From NCBI RefSeq assembly GCF_009914755.1, contig NC_060927.1: 64,000 bases of DNA. One strand, written 5' to 3'. The position numbers and the translations under genes were made by a program. Below, one piece after another: positions 56,423-64,000 of this stretch. The DNA is from the human T2T-CHM13v2.0 reference genome, Homo sapiens. Below the pieces are notes generated by a model. That model ran no database searches, was not told the origin of the DNA, and saw nothing but the letters and a program-made list of their open reading frames with translations. The number at the start of each line of letters is the position of its first letter. Position 1 is the first letter of the stretch.

Positions 56423-56730
56423 GTGCTGCCCAATATGGTAGCCACTAGTTATGTGTGGCTATTGAAAACTTCAAATGTGGCTAGTCCGAATTGAAATGTG
56501 CTGTAATGTAAAGTACACACTGGATTTCAAAGGCCTCACACAAAACTAGAATATAAAAATCACATGAATAATATTTAATTACATATGAAGATAATATATT
56601 GGGTATTTAAATCAAATGAAATATATTACTAAAATGAATGTCACCTATTTCTTTTTACTTTTTAAATATGTCTGCTAGAATATTTGAAATTATGTATTTG
56701 GCTTGCATTACATTTCTGTTGGACAGCACT
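56423..56730. mobile_element. MER33 MITE
   Basis: GTGCTGCCCAATATGGTAGCCACTAG...ATTTCTGTTGGACAGCAC terminal inverted repeats. Confidence 0.88.
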
Positions 56731-56773
56731 AAAGTCTGATTGCACTGATCTATGCAATCACTATTTTCTTTAC

Positions 56774-57284
56774 TGTTGGGAACAGGCCCCTCAAATCTGG
56801 CCATAAACTGGCCCCAAAACTGGACATAAACAAAATCTCTGCAGCACTGTGACATGTTCGTGATGGCCATGACGCCCACACTGAAGGTTGTGGGTTTACC
56901 GGAATGAGGGCGAGGAACACCTGGCCCACCGAGGGTGGAAAACCGCTTAAAGGTGTTCCTAAACCACAAACAATAGCATGGGCGATCTGTGCCTTAAGGA
57001 CATGCTCCTGCCGCAGATAACTAGCCAGAGCCCATCCCTTTATTTCAGCCCATCCCTTTGTTTCCTGTAAGGAATACTTTTAGTAAATCTATAATCTATA
57101 GAAACAATGCTAATCACTGATTCGCTGTCAATAAATATGTGCGTAAATTTCTGTTCGAGGCTCTCAGCTCTGAAGGCTGTGAGACCCCTGATTTCCCACT
57201 CCACACGCTGTATTTCTGTGCGTGTGTCTTTAATTCCTCTAGCGCCACTGGGTTAGGGTCCCCATGACGGAGCTGGTCTCGGCA
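56774..57284 (+). mobile_element. MER9a solo LTR (HERV-K HML-3/HERVK9)
   Basis: TGTTGGGAACAGGCCCC...CTGGCCATAAAC...GAGCTGGTCTCGGCA; 6-bp TSD CT(T/A)TAC at 56768-56773 and 57285-57290. Confidence 0.92.
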
Positions 57285-58374
57285 CTATACAAACTTTTTT
57301 TCCACAGTGGCTTAAGCAGAACACATTTAGCATTTCTGATTCCATACCTCTGGACCTTTCATGTATCATCTTCTTCACTAGATGGTCCTTCCTACCTCTC
57401 CACACTTGTGCCACTATGGCTGGTTCTTTTAGGCTCAACCTTTATATCTTCTTATTTCAGAAGTATTTCTTAGCCACTCCAGCCTCTGGTGACACCCTCT
57501 CCCCCCTTTTTTTTGTAGTTCCTGATTCCAGAAAGTAAGAGACATTCAGAAAGGAAACTATTGTGATTAGAGAACTCATGGAAAGGAGCATGTGTGCTCA
57601 ATATTCCAGAATGCTAGAATCATTGAAGGGTAGAAGAGGAGAGGAACAGACAGAGCTAGTGAGATCAGTAGCTCCTGGACATCAGAGGCCATTTCCTCTC
57701 CCTTAGGCATCCCTCATAGTATAGTATGATGTATGTCCCACAAGGTGGGCACCCAATACATATGTGTGGCTGATGAAGATGATGGACCTTAAAGGCTAGA
57801 GCGAGGGAGGACAACTCCTAGACAAGTGGACAGATGCCACAGGATCTAGAGTCTCTTTTAGAAAAATCTCCCCATGTCTCCATCTTACTGAGATGGTCAC
57901 CATGAAAGTTGCCAGATTAATTGTCTTTAGTCACTTATAGAGATCAAACTATCTACTTGGTGCTTTTGTAATGATGAGAATTGACATGGCAGCAGGGAGA
58001 GCTTTTCATTGTAGTTCATGTGATATTTTAGGAATTTTTTCCTGTTACCTATGTTTTATCTTGTATCTGGCATAATTTTGCTTAAAGGATGGGAGATAGA
58101 CTAGATGACCTCAAGACACTACTTTCTGCTGGGGAGTCTACTGCCTACATCATAGAAGGCAGACTGGTAGCATTGGAAGGAGAGGCAATCCCCTTTCTAA
58201 TCTATTTAAAATATAACCATACTTTCCCTTCCCAATATTCTTCCTCTACTTTTCCAGTACTCTTTCTTGTAATTTCCCACCATGATAAAACATTATTATG
58301 AAAGAGGAGTTTGTAAAGTGAAAAAATAAAAAAAACACACTATGTTTCTCCCTATATGTGAATTACTTGCTACC

Positions 58375-59025
<651 letters not shown>

Positions 59026-59959
59026 CTACCCTTCATACCACTCTTGTATGTGAATTCATTCTATTCCTTCTCTAATTATGCATTTTCAGAAAGTTAATGT
59101 TTAACATTTCCCAGAAAAGACCATTTAAACCACTAGACATTCCAGACACTTTAGCAGTTGCTTCAAGCACTTCAAAAAGTTCTCATATAAAAACATGGAT
59201 TTGATCTTTGAAGGCTCCTCTGGGGCACAAGTAGTACCTCCTGAATTGATCAGAACTTTCTGCCCCAGATCCTTTAATCCTCATTATAGGAAAAGAAATA
59301 TCTACTTGCGAATACTTTTTGAGGCTCAAATGGTGATGTTCTAAATTCAATTAAGATATATGAATCCCAAGACAACGAAGTACCTGAGTATGGTATTATG
59401 AAGTTATAAATTACCAATTTCTCATCACCACCTTTAAAAGCAAGTTTAAAAAAATGAACCTACTTGCAAATGAACCTGTAAAATACCACCAGCCAAGCAT
59501 GGGATTGGAATAAAGCATTTCATCAAAATGTCCATAGATCATTTCTTCTAGATGAGTATCTTGCAGATTGTCACACAGTGCACATTTTTATAGCCAATTT
59601 GGAGAGAAAATGTTTTATATATATATATATTTATGTGATAAGAGTCAATGGGATCAATAAAAAATACAAATCAGTAGATTTAAAATACAGAAATCAATTT
59701 TAAATGGGAAATGAAAGATAAAGGTAAGTTATTTTGTTTCCAAAAACCTGTGTAGTCTGTGGTCTATTTTACTTTTCATAATTTTTTTTACTCAGCTGTC
59801 ATTTTGGTTTCCATTTCCTAGGAATCATCTAATCTAATGCTGTTGCCAAAGTTGTGCTGCTGATGCAGGTTTTCAAGGGCAAGAGTGGCATTGTCAAATT
59901 TCTTATTCCTGAAGATGATTGAATATTATTAGCCCCACCCCCCCACTCACAATTTGCTG

Positions 59960-60430
59960 TGTGAAAAGAAAATTAAAAGCTTGGGACCCCAATTCACTGT
60001 GCCAAAAGGAAAAAATATTAAGCTGAAAGCTGAGTCATGCAAGAAGCTGCCTTTCCTTTTGTTCCTAAGCAGATAGCTTCAGATAAAAGGTTAAAAAATC
60101 TCCATGAGTAGTTGCTCTAGGTTCACCTTATCTTCTATAGAGCACTAATTTACTGAGTGCCAGAGGAATACATGACTATTACTCTACCTGCTCCTTTTCT
60201 CTTGCAATGTAGATTTAGTAATGTATCCATATCCTCCCGTTTACCCTTTTTTCCCAGGCTGCTTTTCCCCTTTAAATATTAAAGCCCTCAAAGTCATCTT
60301 TGGAGAAAGGCACAGACCACAGACTGTTTCTATGATTCTGTGTTTGTTTCCTCCCAGGCATTGTCCTTAATGTTGGCAAAACAAACTTCTAAATTGATTG
60401 AGCCCTGTCTCAGATACTTTTTGGTTGATA
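59960..60430 (+). mobile_element. MER4-group ERV1 solo LTR (MER4C-like)
   Basis: TGTGAAAAGAAAATT...TTGGGACCCCAATTCACT...TGTCTCAGATACTTTTTGGTT; 4-bp TSD GCTG on both sides. Confidence 0.85.
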
Positions 60431-61399
60431 GCTGTAAGCAGAATTTTACTGCTTTAGAAAGTAGAAAAGGTAAAGAGTTAGAAGAGACATCTATATATCC
60501 TCAGAACGCCCATCAGGCATTAATAAGAACTGTACATTATATATTTTGAAATGTGAACAATATCTACTCCCTATACATAGCAACAGTTGGGATTGCAAAC
60601 TGTCCAGCAAGCCAAGAATTGGACTTGATTTGGGGAGCTGTCACTTCAGAGACTCGGCGTCCTAATCAGCTTTTCTTCCCCCAATTCTGAGTCACTACAT
60701 GCAGACAGTCTGATTATCTGAATTCTCTAGTTTCAGCCAGTGGAGTTACAGGTTGACCTTTCTAGTAGGAGCTGCCCTCAGTTCCTCTAGTGGGCACTCA
60801 CTTAGCTTCCTGTTGGCCCTGAGATCTGTTCCCCAAGCTTCCCCTACTCTGCTCTGAGTGATGGAAAAGTGTCTTCCAGAGGCTCTTGTGCTCACTGGTA
60901 GGTTTATCCAATAGGAGGCAAGATTAGGGTCAGGGGTTGGAAAGATGGCAGTCACATATTTTTTTTTCCTCCCACCCCCCCCATTTTCATGGCATTTTCA
61001 GGAGCATCTCTTCCACAGTTCCAATTTCTGCAAAAAAGCACCTCTTCTTGTGGGTCCCAGCTCCCTGGGTAAGTGCCTGCCATGTTTCAATCCCACAGGT
61101 TGGCCTGGCTTCTGGGCTCTTGTAGTACCACCTGTTCTGCTGGTCTTGCCAGGCCTCGGAATGATAGCTACTTCCTGCTATTGCCAAACTCTGAGAGGCC
61201 TCACCTTTCCCTCTTGAGCTTCTTTGTTCTCCCATCAGCTGTTTCAGGAGGTACTCTAGTTTCTGTCTAGATCTTCCTAGTGGGTTGGTGCACTTATTAC
61301 CCTGCTATAAGCTTTGATTGCTAAGGCCTCAAAACTGTCCCTTTGTTAAGACTTGCCGGGCAGGAGCTCACAGAGCAGGTGCAGCCAGTGATGATAAAG

Positions 61400-62880
<1,481 letters not shown>

Positions 62881-63090
62881 CTGTGTAACCACATCCATCT
62901 TTTTGAAAGTCTTAGAGTGGTTAGTGTTTTCCTGGCTGTATCCTGAATGATGCAGAAATCTAAAGTGACTCTCAGCACCTTGATTCCCAGAGAAAAACTA
63001 CAATGATAATATCTGGCAGGGTGTCCTGGTACAAATACAATTTCTTTTTATATTTTTTAATTGGAAAAATAATTGTGTTAATTTATAATC

Positions 63091-64000
63091 TTTTTTATTA
63101 TACTTTAAGTTCTGGGGTACATGTGCACAACGTGCAGGTTTGTTACATAGGTATATATGTGTCATGTTGGTTTGCTGCACCCATCAAATCGTCATTTACA
63201 TTGGGTATTTCTCCTAATGCTATCCCTCCTCCAGCCCCCCACCCCACAATAGGCCCTGGTGTGTGATGTTCCCCTCCCTGTGTCCATGTGTTCTCATTGT
63301 TCAACTCCCACTTATGAGTGAGAACATGCGGTGTTTGGTTTTCTGTACTTGTGATAGTTTGCTGAGAATGATGGTTTCCAGCTTCATCCATGTCTCTTCA
63401 AAGGACATGAACTCATCCTTTTTTATGGCTGCATATTACTACTCCATGGTGTATATGTGCCACATTTTCTTTATCCAGTCTATTATTGATGGGTATTTGG
63501 GTTGGTTCCAAGTCTTTGCTCTTGTGAATAGTGCTGCAATAAACATATGTGTGCATGTGTCTTTATAGTAGCATGATTTATAATCGTTTGTGTATATACC
63601 CAGTAATGGGATTGCTGGGTCAAATGGTATTTCTAGTTTTAGATCCTTGAGGAATCGCCACAGTGTCTTCCACAATGGTTGAACTAATTTACACTCCCAC
63701 CAGCAGTGTAAAAGCGTTCCTATTTCTCCACATCCTCTCCAGCATCTGTTGTTTCCTGGCTCTTTAATGATTGCCATTCTAACTGGCGTGAGATGGTATC
63801 TCATTGTGGTTTTGATTTGCATTTCTCTAATGACCAGTGATGATGAGCATTTTTTCATATGTCTGTTGGCTGCATAGATGTATTTTTTTGGGAAGTGTCT
63901 GTTCATATCTTTTGCCCACTTTTTGATGGAGTTGTTTGATTTTTTCTTGTAAATTTGTTTAAGTTCTTTGTAGATTCTTGATATTAGCCCTTTTTCAGAT
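63091..64000 (-). mobile_element. L1PA7-like 3' end continuing beyond the window
   Basis: TATACTTTAAGTTCTGGGGTACATGTG...CCCTCCTCCAGCCCCCCACC; track ORF 63439-63906 is the ORF2p C-terminus. Confidence 0.93.

Overview
This is primate non-coding genomic DNA, probably human or great ape given the AluY and L1PA3-like elements. It is AT-rich and repeat-rich. I find no supportable protein-coding gene, RNA gene or CRISPR array. The long ORFs in the track come from Alu, L1 ORF2 remnants or microsatellites. The window holds about 21 Alu copies or fragments, many with readable target-site duplications (TSDs). It also has several L1s, including a twin-primed 5'-inverted L1PA3/4 and an L1-in-L1-plus-Alu nest, as well as L2 and MIR relics, MaLR/ERV solo LTRs and hAT DNA-transposon MITEs. 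Repeat subfamily names are from recall of consensus sequences, not a search. The unexplained signals are small rearrangement scars and non-B-DNA motifs: a ~150-bp near-perfect hairpin at 50.6-50.8 kb that matches no element I recognise, two short dispersed duplications whose donor copy can be inferred, a 38-bp duplication with an inverted junction, a microinversion inside an Alu, a perfect (G6N)3G6 quadruplex, a 196-bp palindromic purine/pyrimidine array, a ~640-bp polypurine tract and a 23-bp VNTR. I see no convincing evidence of a new biological system; the hairpin is the best candidate for an undescribed functional element.
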